DNA of 64,000 nucleotides from an uncultured Nitrososphaerota archaeon (GTDB taxonomy: Archaea; Thermoproteota; Nitrososphaeria; Nitrososphaerales; Gagatemarchaeaceae), in assembly GCA_963703285.1 (NCBI GenBank), contig OY969807.1, positions 1,088,001 to 1,152,000 on the forward strand, written 5' to 3'. Both the position numbers and the translations under genes were made by a program. This document shows, piece by piece, positions 19,067 through 29,083 of the stretch; position 1 is the first letter of the stretch, and each line of letters starts with the position of its first letter. The notes below the pieces were generated by a model, which had not been told where the DNA came from, made no database searches, and saw only the letters and a program-made list of their open reading frames with translations.

Positions 19067-19522
19067 ATGGGCTCGTTCAAGGGCATCCTTGTGGCGGTCG
19101 ACGGCTCACCCAACTCCATGAGGGCCGCGGAAGCTGCGATCGACCTCGCGGTCAGGGAGGGCGCGCATCTGTACGTGCTCAGCGTGATCCCCACACCGGT
19201 CTACGCTGCCACGGGCGCTCCGGGCGCGGTCGGATCTGGGTCGGCCTCGGCAGAGTTCTTCGACAGGGCGAAGAAGGACGCGGAGGGCATCATCGGCGGA
19301 ATCGTATCCAAGGGCGAGGCTCAGGGGATCAAGGTCCGCGGCGAGATAACCGAGAACGTGCCCTCTGTGGTCGAGGCGATATCGGACTACGCCCAGGAAT
19401 GGAGGGTCGACCTCATCGTCGTCGGGACCCGCGGGCTGAGCGGGTTCAAGAAGTTGCTCCTCGGAAGCGTCTCCGGGGCGCTCGTCTCTCACGCCCCCTG
19501 CAGCGTGCTAGTGATCAGGTAG
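19067..19522 (+). CDS. Universal stress protein
   Basis: ILVAVDGS; DLIVVGTRG..LLGSVS..HAPCSVLVIR. Confidence 0.95.
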   Translation: MGSFKGILVAVDGSPNSMRAAEAAIDLAVREGAHLYVLSVIPTPVYAATGAPGAVGSGSASAEFFDRAKKDAEGIIGGIVSKGEAQGIKVRGEITENVPSVVEAISDYAQEWRVDLIVVGTRGLSGFKKLLLGSVSGALVSHAPCSVLVIR

Positions 19523-19988
19523 TCTTCGGGGTCTCTTGCACGGCCTTCAGCGCGCCCAGAGCCTCCCTGATGTGTTTGGTCGGCCTCAGCTGAGAGGAGA
19601 ACACGTGACGGATCACTCCCTCCTTGTCTATGACGAAGGTCACGCGGCCGGAGAGGCCGAAGGTGGAAGAGACGCCGTAGAGCTCGCGCACGTGCTTGCT
19701 GGCGTCGCTTAGCAGGTTGAATGGAAGACTGCAGTGCTCCGAGAAGCGCTTGTGGGTCTCCACGCTGTCTGAGCTCACGCCGATGACCTCGGTCTGGCTG
19801 TCGTTGAATTCCTGGTAGCTCTCCCTGAACGCCCGCGCCTCCGCGGTGCACCCCGAGGTGAAGTCCTTGGGGTAGAAGTAGAGCACGACGTTCTTCTTAC
19901 CGATGTAGTCGCTCAGTTTGACGACGTCGCCGCTCTGGGATTGAAGCGAAAATTCTGGTGCCCGGTCACCCGCCCGTAACTCTGGCAT
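19515..19988 (-). CDS. bcp: Peroxiredoxin (Bcp/PrxQ type)
   Basis: VLYFYPKDFTSGCTAEA; R.TFVID.EG. Confidence 0.92.
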   Translation of the reverse strand: MPELRAGDRAPEFSLQSQSGDVVKLSDYIGKKNVVLYFYPKDFTSGCTAEARAFRESYQEFNDSQTEVIGVSSDSVETHKRFSEHCSLPFNLLSDASKHVRELYGVSSTFGLSGRVTFVIDKEGVIRHVFSSQLRPTKHIREALGALKAVQETPKTT

Positions 19989-20050
19989 GCGGAGTTACCG
20001 GGCCTCCCGATATAATTCGTTTTCTCCAAGTCGGGGGGCTACGCTGCGCC

Positions 20051-20383
20051 CTAGATGCCTTCGATCGACTTCTTCAGGGTGAGGGCGCCGTTCTTGATCT
20101 CGAGGTCGTAGATGTCATTCACGTCGAGCCTCAACCCGAACATGTCGTACTCGCTCTCGGTCAGGACCATCGTTATCTTGGGGAAGACCATCTCCCGTAT
20201 CTGGGGGACCAGGCCCATCGACTGCAGCTGGTTGACCATGCTCTGGACCATCCTCCCCTCGTCACCCCCGCCGTAGGCCTGGGCGCCTCTCTGCTTGACC
20301 TCGACGAGCTCAATCTGCTTGGCCGGCATACCTGTGAGAGGTTCGGTTACGCTGCTGATTCTGTTGACTCGGACCTGAACCAT
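20051..20383 (-). CDS. Arcadin-1 family protein
   Basis: 110 aa; I..V.EP.TG...K.IELVE and PKIT..LTE.EY...G.R.DVND pattern recalled from arcadin-1. Confidence 0.7.
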   Translation of the reverse strand: MVQVRVNRISSVTEPLTGMPAKQIELVEVKQRGAQAYGGGDEGRMVQSMVNQLQSMGLVPQIREMVFPKITMVLTESEYDMFGLRLDVNDIYDLEIKNGALTLKKSIEGI

Positions 20384-20424
20384 GGGGCGATGAGAACCCG
20401 CCGGTATTAAAACAGGTCGAAGCG

Positions 20425-20966
20425 TTACTCGGTATCGTCGTCCTGCTGCTGGGTTCCCTCGGGTTCCACGCCAAGAAGCTCCGCCGCTGTCTCGCCCTCG
20501 TCCGGGAGGGCGTCCTCCTGGCCGGATGCTCCCGGCTCGCTGACGCGCTGTTCCATCGGTTGCTGGATGCCCGCCGCCGCGTTGCTGATAATCTCCTCTA
20601 CCTCCTGCGGCGTGATTATCCTAGCCATCGAGAGGTTGACCAGGCTGTTCGAGCTAGCTTCCCCGTCAGCCTCCCTATCGGTCCCCTCGCCTGCCGCCAC
20701 TTCAGCTTGGTGTTCCCGCTCTTTGAGGTGTAGATGATGCCCAGTATGTCCTGTGCGTTGATGAAGGTGATGTCCCTTATCTTCTTCAGGTCGACCTTGT
20801 CCGCGGCCTCGATGTAGATCGAACCTGGATCCATCTCCTTCTCGGGGAAGACCTCAGGGTCCCTCAGATAAGACTCGGGTATGAAGCTCCGGCAGGTGCT
20901 GTTGATCAGGAACCTCCGGAAGCCCTCAAGATGGCACGTCAAGTCGATCTCCACCATCCGCGACAC
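20425..20966 (-). CDS. Conserved archaeal hypothetical protein, split by a 1-nt frameshift at 20661-20664
   Basis: Adding one G joins ..KWRQARGPIGRLTG to EASSNSLVNL..; acidic tail. Confidence 0.7.
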
Positions 20967-21151
20967 CTAGCAACTCGGGAGCGCTTTCCGCCCGTATTTG
21001 AACATAGGGTCGCCGGTCACTTCGCTTAGAAAGGATGATATGCCGGGGCGGCGGTCTTCACGGCAGGCGGGCTGTGACGACATAAGCCCTGGTGAGTTAT
21101 GATCCACGATCTTGAGTTCCGAGCCCGTCATCCAACGAAGGCCGGTTCCGC

Positions 21152-21712
21152 ATGAGGTTCCTCGTCAGGCTCGTTCCCCTGGAGCCCGACCGGGCCGCCT
21201 CCCTCGCCACGTTTAGAAGCATCGCGGCGAACCTGGGAGAGAGGGCGGCAAACCCGAAGTGGACGTCCCGCGGCACGCTCGAGGTCGATGTCTTCGCGCC
21301 CTCGCGCCAGGACTTCCAGCTGTTCTTGGCGGCGGTGGCCCCCCTCGCCAATATCGAGTTCGCGAAGGACCTCCAGGAGGCTCCCCCTTTCCTGACGAAG
21401 GAAGGCGCGGTCAAGGAGGCGGCGGCGCTCTTCAACCAGGAGAGGTTCTGGGAGGCCCACGAGGTTCTCGAGTCGAAGTGGAGGGTAGCGGGCGGCGAGG
21501 AGAAGAGGCTGCTCCAGGGGCTGATTCTCGTCTGCGCGGCGTTCGTGCACCACCAGAAGGACGAGGATGGTGTCGCCCTGGGGATAGCCAAGCGGTCCCT
21601 GCCTCTGCTCGCCTGGCCGGAAAGGGTCTACCTGGGCGTCGACGTGGAGCGGGTCAGGGACAGGATATCCACGATGGTCGAAGCCGGAAGGCTCTCGGTC
21701 TTCGAGCTCTAG
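21152..21712 (+). CDS. DUF309 domain protein
   Basis: LFNQERFWEAHEVLE..W..LQGLI..AA.VH. Confidence 0.9.
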   Translation: MRFLVRLVPLEPDRAASLATFRSIAANLGERAANPKWTSRGTLEVDVFAPSRQDFQLFLAAVAPLANIEFAKDLQEAPPFLTKEGAVKEAAALFNQERFWEAHEVLESKWRVAGGEEKRLLQGLILVCAAFVHHQKDEDGVALGIAKRSLPLLAWPERVYLGVDVERVRDRISTMVEAGRLSVFEL

Positions 21713-22086
21713 CCGAACACAGGTAGGTTCAGAGGGTGGTCCTCCTCCGGCACGAACGTCTTCTTCCTGGTCCCAAAGAAGGCGAGGGCGATGGTTGCTG
21801 CCGCCAGCAGGGCTGAGATTGCGAAGTCTGCGCCGGTGTCGGTTCCGAAGACGGCTATCCCGAGGATCTCGATCAGCGAGAAGGCGGCCGGCGCGTAGAG
21901 AGCATCGGGCGGCCCTATGAGGCTCGCCACCGAGGAAATCAAGATCAGGAGCCCGAGCGCCACCAGGGCCGCGTTGGGACCGCCCGGGGCGCCGAAGAAC
22001 TGCGTCCAGTACACCCCGGCGACGGCGGCCCACGCGCCGTTGACGACCCCGACCGCGACCGCGACCGCGACCGTGCTCAGCTTCAA
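21709..22086 (-). CDS. Hypothetical 4-TM membrane protein
   Basis: Hydrophobic ORF ending HPLNLPVFG; abuts the upstream gene. Confidence 0.7.
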   Translation of the reverse strand: MKLSTVAVAVAVGVVNGAWAAVAGVYWTQFFGAPGGPNAALVALGLLILISSVASLIGPPDALYAPAAFSLIEILGIAVFGTDTGADFAISALLAAATIALAFFGTRKKTFVPEEDHPLNLPVFG

Positions 22087-22515
22087 CTACTTCAGCATCC
22101 GCAGCTTGTAGAATCCCGCCTCGATGTTGCTGTTGATGTGGTCCTTGACCATGAACAGCCTGTGCACCGAATCGCCGTCGTCCTGCGCGATCGTCCAGTC
22201 TTCCAGGACCACGAACTCGTGTTGGGAGCCGTCCTTGCACGTGTGGGGTATCTTCTTTCCGGGTTCCACTCCCAGGCTCATCATGTAGACCTCTCTGATG
22301 TTCGTGCAGGTGAGGATGGCCCACTGCTCGTTCGGACCTATCTCCTCGAACCCCACGCTCGGGCGGAGCGGCTCGCCGTAGCGCTTGTCGTCGCAGAAGA
22401 GCTTCCGGCAGGACCGGCATCTCCAGACATCGACGGTCCCCTGCAGGTAGTTGTCCCTGTTGACGTTGACCATGCCCACCATTACTATCTCGTGCTCGTG
22501 CGGCTGCTGGCTCAA
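22087..22515 (-). CDS. Hypothetical Cys-rich (zinc-binding) protein
   Basis: HEH..WRCRSC..FC; operonic overlap with neighbours. Confidence 0.7.
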   Translation of the reverse strand: MSQQPHEHEIVMVGMVNVNRDNYLQGTVDVWRCRSCRKLFCDDKRYGEPLRPSVGFEEIGPNEQWAILTCTNIREVYMMSLGVEPGKKIPHTCKDGSQHEFVVLEDWTIAQDDGDSVHRLFMVKDHINSNIEAGFYKLRMLK

Positions 22516-22841
22516 TCTCTGGCTCTCCTAGCTTCATAAGCCGGAATGAGCTCCAAGGTAAGCTTGTCGGCCATCCTGCGCCTCTGCCTCATCTCCGCCG
22601 ATGACCTGTCCGGGAAAGACCTGAACAAGTTCGATATGGCGAGCCTCGGATGCACCGGAAGATAGACCTTGTCGTCTGACGACCTGATCAGCATCCCCCT
22701 GGCCAGGAGGGGACGGGTCTGCTCCTCGCCCGTGCCAATTGAGCCCTCCTTCAACGCCCTGAGATAGGTCTCGGCCTCCGACCGGGCCAGCCCGAGCTCG
22801 CCCGTGAGCCTCAGAAGGATGGATTCCTCGTCCCTAATCAA
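22512..22841 (-). CDS. Short TrmB-like HTH protein
   Basis: LGL..SEAETY..L..G..L..RGM..Y.PVHP..AI pattern. Confidence 0.65.
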   Translation of the reverse strand: MIRDEESILLRLTGELGLARSEAETYLRALKEGSIGTGEEQTRPLLARGMLIRSSDDKVYLPVHPRLAISNLFRSFPDRSSAEMRQRRRMADKLTLELIPAYEARRARD

Positions 22842-22851
22842 GCGACGCGTA

Positions 22852-23619
22852 CTATCTCCTCTTGGCCGTCTCGGGCGAGTCCCACAGTATCTGGAAGTAG
22901 TCCTTCGCAAAGCCCGCGAGGCCGATGTGCTCGGCCCAGATTGCGAGCGCCGAGCTCGCGGTCTCCCCGCCCCCCAGGAGCAGCACCACCTGTTTCGAGT
23001 CTGCGATGACGCCCCCGCCATAGAGCATCTTCCGCGTCCTTAGCTCGGCCACGGAGCGGAAGACCCCCTGAGTGACTTCCGGGAGGTCCCCCGAGGCGAG
23101 GATGTCGATCTTCACCCCCCTCTCCTTCAGCGCGGCTAGTATCCCGGCTATCTCCTCGGCGTAGGGTGCGATGACGGTGGGAAGGGCGATGAGCAGCTCG
23201 TTCCTAGTGTCGAGCACCATCGCCCTGAGCCTGGACAGGATCTCCGCCGTCCCTCTCAGGATCCAAATCTCCGGCCTCTCCTGCTCGCTCTTCTTCTCGT
23301 AGATCCCCGTGAGCTCCTTCAGGACGAGCTGCTCCTTCTCCCTCCTCTCGGCGTCCCGCCTCGAGTTCATCTCCTCGAGGGCGGTCGAAGGCGACTTGGC
23401 GGTGTAGATTATGGGCCTGCTCTTCTGCTCCTCTATCCACCCGCTCCCGTGAAGGCCCTCGAGGGCCTCGTAGACCTTGGAGTAGGGGATCCTCGCCGCC
23501 CTGCTGACCTCGCTAGCGGTCATCGCCCCCCTCTCGATGAGAGCGACGTAGGCCTTGACCTGGGTCTTCGTCAGCCCCAGGGCCTCGAGGGCAGAACCGG
23601 CCTTATCGCTGAGGCTCAA
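22852..23619 (-). CDS. TrmB family transcriptional regulator
   Basis: LGLT..Q.KAY..L...A.EVS..A.IPYSKVYE.L; C-terminal effector domain (IADSK). Confidence 0.92.
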   Translation of the reverse strand: MSLSDKAGSALEALGLTKTQVKAYVALIERGAMTASEVSRAARIPYSKVYEALEGLHGSGWIEEQKSRPIIYTAKSPSTALEEMNSRRDAERREKEQLVLKELTGIYEKKSEQERPEIWILRGTAEILSRLRAMVLDTRNELLIALPTVIAPYAEEIAGILAALKERGVKIDILASGDLPEVTQGVFRSVAELRTRKMLYGGGVIADSKQVVLLLGGGETASSALAIWAEHIGLAGFAKDYFQILWDSPETAKRR

Positions 23620-23660
23620 CGCGAGCGTCCTGAGTCTTCCTGCGCGCCAATCGCAGAGCG

Positions 23661-24002
23661 CTAGGCGGTGCCCTTGCTCAACCAGAAGACGTTCCCGTCG
23701 GGGTCGTCGAACTTGCTTATCTCGCCCCAGTCCGTCTTCGTGTAGTCCAGGGAGAAGCTCACCCCCTTCTTCTTGAGGGCGGAGACCTCCTTCTCGAGGT
23801 CCTCGACGTAGAAGCCTATGCCGGTGTTCCCCGGTTCGAGCTTGCCCTCGCAGAGGTGTAGCTTCCATGTCGTCCCCTTCCGCCAGACGGTGACCCAGTG
23901 CCCTTCGACCGACGCCTCGAAGCCGAGCTTGGTTTTGTACCACTTCGCTGACTTCTTCGCGTCGGAGACCATCACGGCCACGCTGAAGCTCTTTGAGAAC
24001 AT
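23661..24002 (-). CDS. VOC/glyoxalase family protein
   Basis: VSD..KS.KWY..KLGF; F.DPDGN. Confidence 0.9.
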   Translation of the reverse strand: MFSKSFSVAVMVSDAKKSAKWYKTKLGFEASVEGHWVTVWRKGTTWKLHLCEGKLEPGNTGIGFYVEDLEKEVSALKKKGVSFSLDYTKTDWGEISKFDDPDGNVFWLSKGTA

Positions 24003-24113
24003 GGCGATAGCCGGGAAAGAGCTTCCTTTTCGCTCTTTCTCTTTTGGAGACCGGGAGAGGGCGCCTTCCCGACCGTGGAAGGGCCCTCCCGACCCCGCTA
24101 AACCTTATCTCTG

Positions 24114-24761
24114 ATGGGTGAACCGCACCCCTCCGGTGCTCGCAAGGTGGCCCCGATCTGGACAATACTCGTTATCGGTCCGCCCACATCGGGGAAGAGC
24201 TTCCTCTCCAGGCGGCTGCTGCAGACCGTGAAGGACTCTGTGAGAATCAACCCCGACGAGGTTAGGCTGATGCTGTTCAACGACCTGGTTCCTGCGCACG
24301 ACGAAGACCTGGTCTACAGGGAGCTCACCAGCCTTCGCGACAACTCGCTCTCCTACGGACACTCGGTCATCATCGACGCCACCGCGCCCCGGCACCTCAC
24401 CCGGGAATACCTGCTGAGCGGGAACAACAAGTGCAGGCACCTCATCGTGGCGATGGACGTCGACAAGAAGATACTCGAGGAGAGGGCCCGCAAAGCGAAC
24501 AAACTCGGGCCCCTCAGGGCCTACGAGGCGGTCTGGCAGGAGCCGCATCAGAGCTACCCCCTCTTCAAGTTCAAGAACGACAACAAGGATCAGTTCGAGA
24601 CGAGCTTCTACCTGCTCATGGAGTACATCAACCACGAGTACGCCCAGCACAGCAGCATCATCGGAGCCATCTTCCGCAGGGGAAGGAAGGAAGAGCCGAT
24701 ACCCGATCCGGGCGCGTCGAGGCTCCGGGGTTCCGCGCCGAACCTCGCTTTCGATCCCTAG
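24114..24761 (+). CDS. P-loop kinase (AAA_33 type)
   Basis: GPPTSGKS Walker A; D.VR and SVIIDAT motifs. Confidence 0.85.
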   Translation: MGEPHPSGARKVAPIWTILVIGPPTSGKSFLSRRLLQTVKDSVRINPDEVRLMLFNDLVPAHDEDLVYRELTSLRDNSLSYGHSVIIDATAPRHLTREYLLSGNNKCRHLIVAMDVDKKILEERARKANKLGPLRAYEAVWQEPHQSYPLFKFKNDNKDQFETSFYLLMEYINHEYAQHSSIIGAIFRRGRKEEPIPDPGASRLRGSAPNLAFDP

Positions 24762-25258
24762 AGCGTCGCGCCTGCGACCATGAATATGGTCACGAGGACC
24801 AAGATGGCCAGACCCGCAATCGAGGTGACCCTCAGCCGCTGGGAGGCGGCCATCAGCTCGGGGGGTGGAGGGCCGGGGGTCTTCGTCAGGCCTTCGCTGA
24901 TTGAAATGAGCTTTCGCGCCGTTGGCACCAGTACCGCCATGGCCAACCCTATGGCCACCACTGCTAGGACCGCGCCTATCGAGATGTACAAGCCGAGGGG
25001 GGTGGAGAGGGAGAACTCTGAGAGATCGCCGTTGAAGAGCGCAGCGATCGCTAGGAGGCCGAAGATTACAGTGAGGATGGAGAAAGCCTCGATGTAGCGG
25101 AGGAACTTCGGGAGGACCTTGATGACGAACTCGAGCCTGGTCTGGGGGGAGAGGGTTTGTAGGGACGGCCCGATCACGAGTGCGAACACCATTGCGGCAC
25201 CGAGCCAGCCGATGGCGCCGATTATGTGAACCCACAGGACGACGGTGAACGTTATCAA
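24758..25258 (-). CDS. CopD/DUF2269-like 4-TM membrane protein
   Basis: HII.AI.WLG N-terminal motif. Confidence 0.65.
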   Translation of the reverse strand: MITFTVVLWVHIIGAIGWLGAAMVFALVIGPSLQTLSPQTRLEFVIKVLPKFLRYIEAFSILTVIFGLLAIAALFNGDLSEFSLSTPLGLYISIGAVLAVVAIGLAMAVLVPTARKLISISEGLTKTPGPPPPELMAASQRLRVTSIAGLAILVLVTIFMVAGATL

Positions 25259-25407
25259 CCGGGCGGGGAATTCGCGGGTTCCGTTAATATGCGCTCCCCC
25301 CGGAGTGCTGCGACCGCCTCGCTACCGTTGACGGCTGTCGCGGCGTCCTGGGGGAAGTATAAGGCCGCCCGCGAGGCTGACCTCCATTCTTGGAAGGGTG
25401 CGAGGGC

Positions 25408-26463
25408 CTAGCTGCGCCGGACTCCGATCTCCTTCAGGAATTTCTTGTACTCTGGGGGCGTCATCCAGAAGGCGGGCAGTCTCAGGTGCTGGAGTATCTC
25501 TTTCTCCGTCTGCCCCATACGTCTCGCCTCCTTCACCATGTCTGAATATGCTCGGAGCATGAAGGGGCTGCCCCACAGCCCTCGCTCTCCTCCTAGAGAC
25601 TTGCCAGAGCCGGAGATGCCCTTCAGCAGGCTCAGGCTGAAGAAGACGTCGAGGTAGATTGACGCGACTCTTCCCGTCCGGAAGTAGTCGTTCGCGACGA
25701 GGAGGTGACCGTCCTCCTCGCTGGGGAAAATTGAAGGGAAGGGGCTGTCGATGAACTCGACCCTGAGTTTTCCGATCAGGTCCTCACAAGAGTCTCCGAG
25801 GAGTTCCCTCACCGCCGGGGCCCTCTCGAACCCGAGGAAGTAGACCGTGAACGGGTGGAGCGAGGGAGAGGTGTCCCTCCTGATCTTGACCGGGAGCTTC
25901 TTTACGCGCCGTGCGGGGGGTGACCTTCCCAGCTTCATCTCCTTCAGGAAGCTGCGCCAGACCTTGGGAGGCGCCTCACCCATCTTGAGGTACTCTAGTA
26001 TCTCCTCGGGCGCCATGCCGATGCGCTCGGCCTCCCTGACCGTGTGTTCGTACGCGGGGACCTCTATGGGACTCGCGTAGTAAAGACCCCTGTCCTTCAT
26101 GAACTTCATGTGCTCGGCGTGGAAGTACTTCTTGTCCGACAACCACTGGTTGATGTGGAAGAGTTCGTGCACGACGTCGAGGTAGAGCGTCCTGGTGGGG
26201 CCGGTTTTGAGGTGGTAGCTGCCGACGGCGATGTTGCCGTCGTCGTCCCTAATGCCCATGTACATCCCCCTGTTCGGTATGAACCCTATCCGCAACCTCC
26301 CAAGCACCTCCTCGGTCCTATCGCCGAAAACCGAACGGACCGCACCGACCTTCTCGAACCCCTGGAAGTAATCCTGGAAGGGGTGGAGCAAGGGCGCCGG
26401 GGACCTTCTGTTCAGCCTCACGGCGAGACGGCGACGACGGTCGTTCTGGCTCACGTCTGGCAT
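25408..26463 (-). CDS. Internally duplicated zincin-like protein
   Basis: Two repeats starting HPF..YF.GFE; HELFH occurs only in the first. Confidence 0.7.
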   Translation of the reverse strand: MPDVSQNDRRRRLAVRLNRRSPAPLLHPFQDYFQGFEKVGAVRSVFGDRTEEVLGRLRIGFIPNRGMYMGIRDDDGNIAVGSYHLKTGPTRTLYLDVVHELFHINQWLSDKKYFHAEHMKFMKDRGLYYASPIEVPAYEHTVREAERIGMAPEEILEYLKMGEAPPKVWRSFLKEMKLGRSPPARRVKKLPVKIRRDTSPSLHPFTVYFLGFERAPAVRELLGDSCEDLIGKLRVEFIDSPFPSIFPSEEDGHLLVANDYFRTGRVASIYLDVFFSLSLLKGISGSGKSLGGERGLWGSPFMLRAYSDMVKEARRMGQTEKEILQHLRLPAFWMTPPEYKKFLKEIGVRRS

Positions 26464-26514
26464 TCTGGCGATTCAGGCTCTAATAAGCGTGAGGGGGTTC
26501 AAAAATGATAGGCT

Positions 26515-27159
26515 TCAGGAGACCTTGAAGTAGGCGGTGACTAGCTGACCCCAGCCGTCGGCTGCGACGACAGTGTACAGTCCGGGTGGCAGGGGCTGCA
26601 GGCTTGCGCCATTGAGCCAGGCTTGGCTGACGTCCATGTTCAGCCCTGCCGTCAAGTCCACCGGGACAGCGCCCGGAGAGGCCGGCCCGGTGAAGTTGTC
26701 GCTCTCAGGTTGAAACACGTAGTAGGCGAGGTCACCTTCCTCGACTGCACAGACGTGCATACTCGGCCCCTGCAGGTTCAGGGCGGTCCCCGAAGTGTAG
26801 TTCTCGAGCGAGTAGCGCCCCTGAAGCAGCTCGACGGAGATCGGAGCCAGGCTGCAGATTGGGCCGCGGGCCACTCCGCCGTACTCGCCCAGTCCCGTGA
26901 CGTTGTTCGTCCTGGCCAGGATGTTCGTGACGGTCACGATCGCCCCGAAGGCCGTCCCCGACGGTCCCTCCCCCGGCGTGATGACGAGGCTCAGCCTGAG
27001 CCCCAGGGTCGAGTTGGTCGCCGTCCCGGTCGTGCCCCAGCTCTGGCCCGGAGCTGAGGCGAGGGCCAACTCCACCGTCCCGATGCCAACTATCACCATC
27101 GCGACCACGGCCACGAAGACAGTCGCGCTGGCGCCCTGGCGAGGCTCGTCCGTCTGCAT
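26515..27159 (-). CDS. Hypothetical secreted or membrane-anchored protein
   Basis: N-terminal TM; C-terminal PPG.YTVVAAD.WGQ. Confidence 0.75.
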   Translation of the reverse strand: MQTDEPRQGASATVFVAVVAMVIVGIGTVELALASAPGQSWGTTGTATNSTLGLRLSLVITPGEGPSGTAFGAIVTVTNILARTNNVTGLGEYGGVARGPICSLAPISVELLQGRYSLENYTSGTALNLQGPSMHVCAVEEGDLAYYVFQPESDNFTGPASPGAVPVDLTAGLNMDVSQAWLNGASLQPLPPGLYTVVAADGWGQLVTAYFKVS

Positions 27160-27352
27160 GGCGTCGCGGTGGAGCGACGACGCAGATAATCCCAGGCTTT
27201 AGAACAGCCACGCGACCCTCGTCCCGGCGCTCGAGGCCTCCGAGAGGTGGCATTCATCTGGTTTGAACGCCCGAACCGGAGCCGTTCTGGTCTCCGGACG
27301 GTTGTTCTGAAGCTTAGGATTATCCCTGCTCGTAGGCATCCATCAAGCGATA

Positions 27353-28165
27353 ATGATGCAAAGCACAGCTCACAGCCAAAGAAGAAGAACGATACTGGTG
27401 GCAGGGGCGATCTTGGCGCTCGCCGTCCTGTCCGTCCAGAGCTACGGACTCATCGCTGGTCTGGGGTCGGATTCGGTCGGGATTCACGCCGCAAGCGCGA
27501 GCACGGACCCACAGACCAACAGCACTGTCACGGTCTCGGGCACCGGCGCCGTCGAAATCCAGCCCGACATAGCCATCATAACCATCGGGGTCACCACCCA
27601 AGACACATCGGCCCAGACCGCAGCGCAGGAGAACGCGGTCACGATGAACAACGTCATAGCCGCCCTCGGGGCGATTGGCATCAACCAGAGCAGCATCCAG
27701 ACGACCTCGTACAGCATCAACCCAGAGACCAACTACAACGGCAACGATGGTGTGACCACCATAGCCGGATACCAGGTGACGAACGAGGTCCAGGTCACCA
27801 TCCAAGTGTCTGGCTCCTCGCTGTCGGCCCTCGGCGCTAAGGTGGGTCAGGCGATCGACGCGGCAGCAGGCTCGGGAGCCAACGAGATCTCCGGGATCGA
27901 GTTCACCGCGACGAACACAGCCATCCAGCAGGCAACCAACGAAGCTCTCCAGCTAGCGGTCCAGGACGCAGCCGGCCAGGCCAAGGTCGTCGCGCAGGCC
28001 CTAGGCGAGACTGTGGTCGGAGCCGTCTCCGTGGATGCGATCCCAAGCTACCAGGCGCCGTACGTCGTCAATGCTGGCACCGAAAGTGCTGTGTCAACAC
28101 CTGTGGTCCCGCCCCAGTCCCTACAGATCACAGCCTCTGTCCAAGCCGTCTACTCGATAAGCTGA
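27353..28165 (+). CDS. SIMPL (DUF541) domain protein
   Basis: VTVSGTG...QPD.A, IQT..YSI.P, GY.V.N and AV.DA..QA motifs. Confidence 0.92.
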   Translation: MMQSTAHSQRRRTILVAGAILALAVLSVQSYGLIAGLGSDSVGIHAASASTDPQTNSTVTVSGTGAVEIQPDIAIITIGVTTQDTSAQTAAQENAVTMNNVIAALGAIGINQSSIQTTSYSINPETNYNGNDGVTTIAGYQVTNEVQVTIQVSGSSLSALGAKVGQAIDAAAGSGANEISGIEFTATNTAIQQATNEALQLAVQDAAGQAKVVAQALGETVVGAVSVDAIPSYQAPYVVNAGTESAVSTPVVPPQSLQITASVQAVYSIS

Positions 28166-28197
28166 GCACCCGCGCCCCAAATGCCGGCCGTTGGGCT

Positions 28198-28503
28198 CTA
28201 GCGGTGGAAGGCCTTCGTATCGGCCGCGCCTTCCAGGACCTCCACCGATTCCTCCTGCCACTTGTGATGGCAGTGTACGCATTCGAAGGTGGTCTCGAAC
28301 GTCTCCGTCTCCACAGGAACCTCTGTCTCGATCGGTGATGGGGTGGGGTTCTGGAGACTGCCGTCGGCTACCAGACCGGCCCTCTCGGCCGCCTGCTCCA
28401 GGACGACGCGCTCGGTGTGGTGCTCGGTGTTCACGAGCTCTTTCCCCTTCTTCTCGACCGAGAAGCGCTTCCCGCATTTGGGACATTTCTTCAGCAGCTT
28501 CAA
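28198..28503 (-). CDS. Zinc-ribbon hypothetical protein
   Basis: CPKCG..F and CVHCHHKW. Confidence 0.7.
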   Translation of the reverse strand: MKLLKKCPKCGKRFSVEKKGKELVNTEHHTERVVLEQAAERAGLVADGSLQNPTPSPIETEVPVETETFETTFECVHCHHKWQEESVEVLEGAADTKAFHR

Positions 28504-28594
28504 GGTTGCTATCCATGCCTTCTCGGTTCCGCCCCCGTTATAACCAAGATGGTCGTCTCGGGACGCCAGGACAGTAAGCGGCCGCAGGCTCTGC

Positions 28595-29014
28595 CTAGAG
28601 AGCCCTCATCCTGTTGTTCTTCGGGTTGTGCTCGACCTCGGCGAGGCCGTTCGCCTCGAGGACGGGCGGGACGTACATCGCGAACCTCCCTCGGAGCCCC
28701 TTCTTCGTTCCGTACCACCCGCCGACGGGGTTCGAGGGCGAACGCCCCCACGCCTCGACGGTGCCTTCCGCGGCGGGCTTCATCTCGTCAGCGCTTCCGA
28801 GGAGCATCCAGTCGCCTCGCTTCTTGAGCATCTCGTGAAGATCGTCGATCGCCCGGAGATGGTAGCGGAGCTGCGTCTTCCCGACCTGGACGACGAGGGT
28901 AGGAGGGTTGCTCGTCTCGTCCCTGTAGGCCTCGAACTCTGAGGTCCCGGGCGGTGTCTTCAGAATCCAGGGTGAAGCCTTCGTGCCTTTGCCCTTCACG
29001 GTTTCCTTTGGCAT
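28595..29014 (-). CDS. DUF6855 family protein
   Basis: PW.LKTPPGTSE..GTVEAWGRS..NPVGGWYG.KKGLRGRF. Confidence 0.8.
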   Translation of the reverse strand: MPKETVKGKGTKASPWILKTPPGTSEFEAYRDETSNPPTLVVQVGKTQLRYHLRAIDDLHEMLKKRGDWMLLGSADEMKPAAEGTVEAWGRSPSNPVGGWYGTKKGLRGRFAMYVPPVLEANGLAEVEHNPKNNRMRAL

Positions 29015-29083
29015 TTATCTCTGGAATCCCACCCACGGGATATAACGTCTCCGACCTCCGTTTGACCCTCAGTTGCTAATTCT

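Noticed and set aside
21128-24165. Long alternative-frame ORFs (469 aa, and the 5' extension of the 437-aa ORF), plus similar shadow ORFs across the window
   Set aside because: Arg/Gly/Pro-rich shadows of high-GC genes that overlap recognisable genes.
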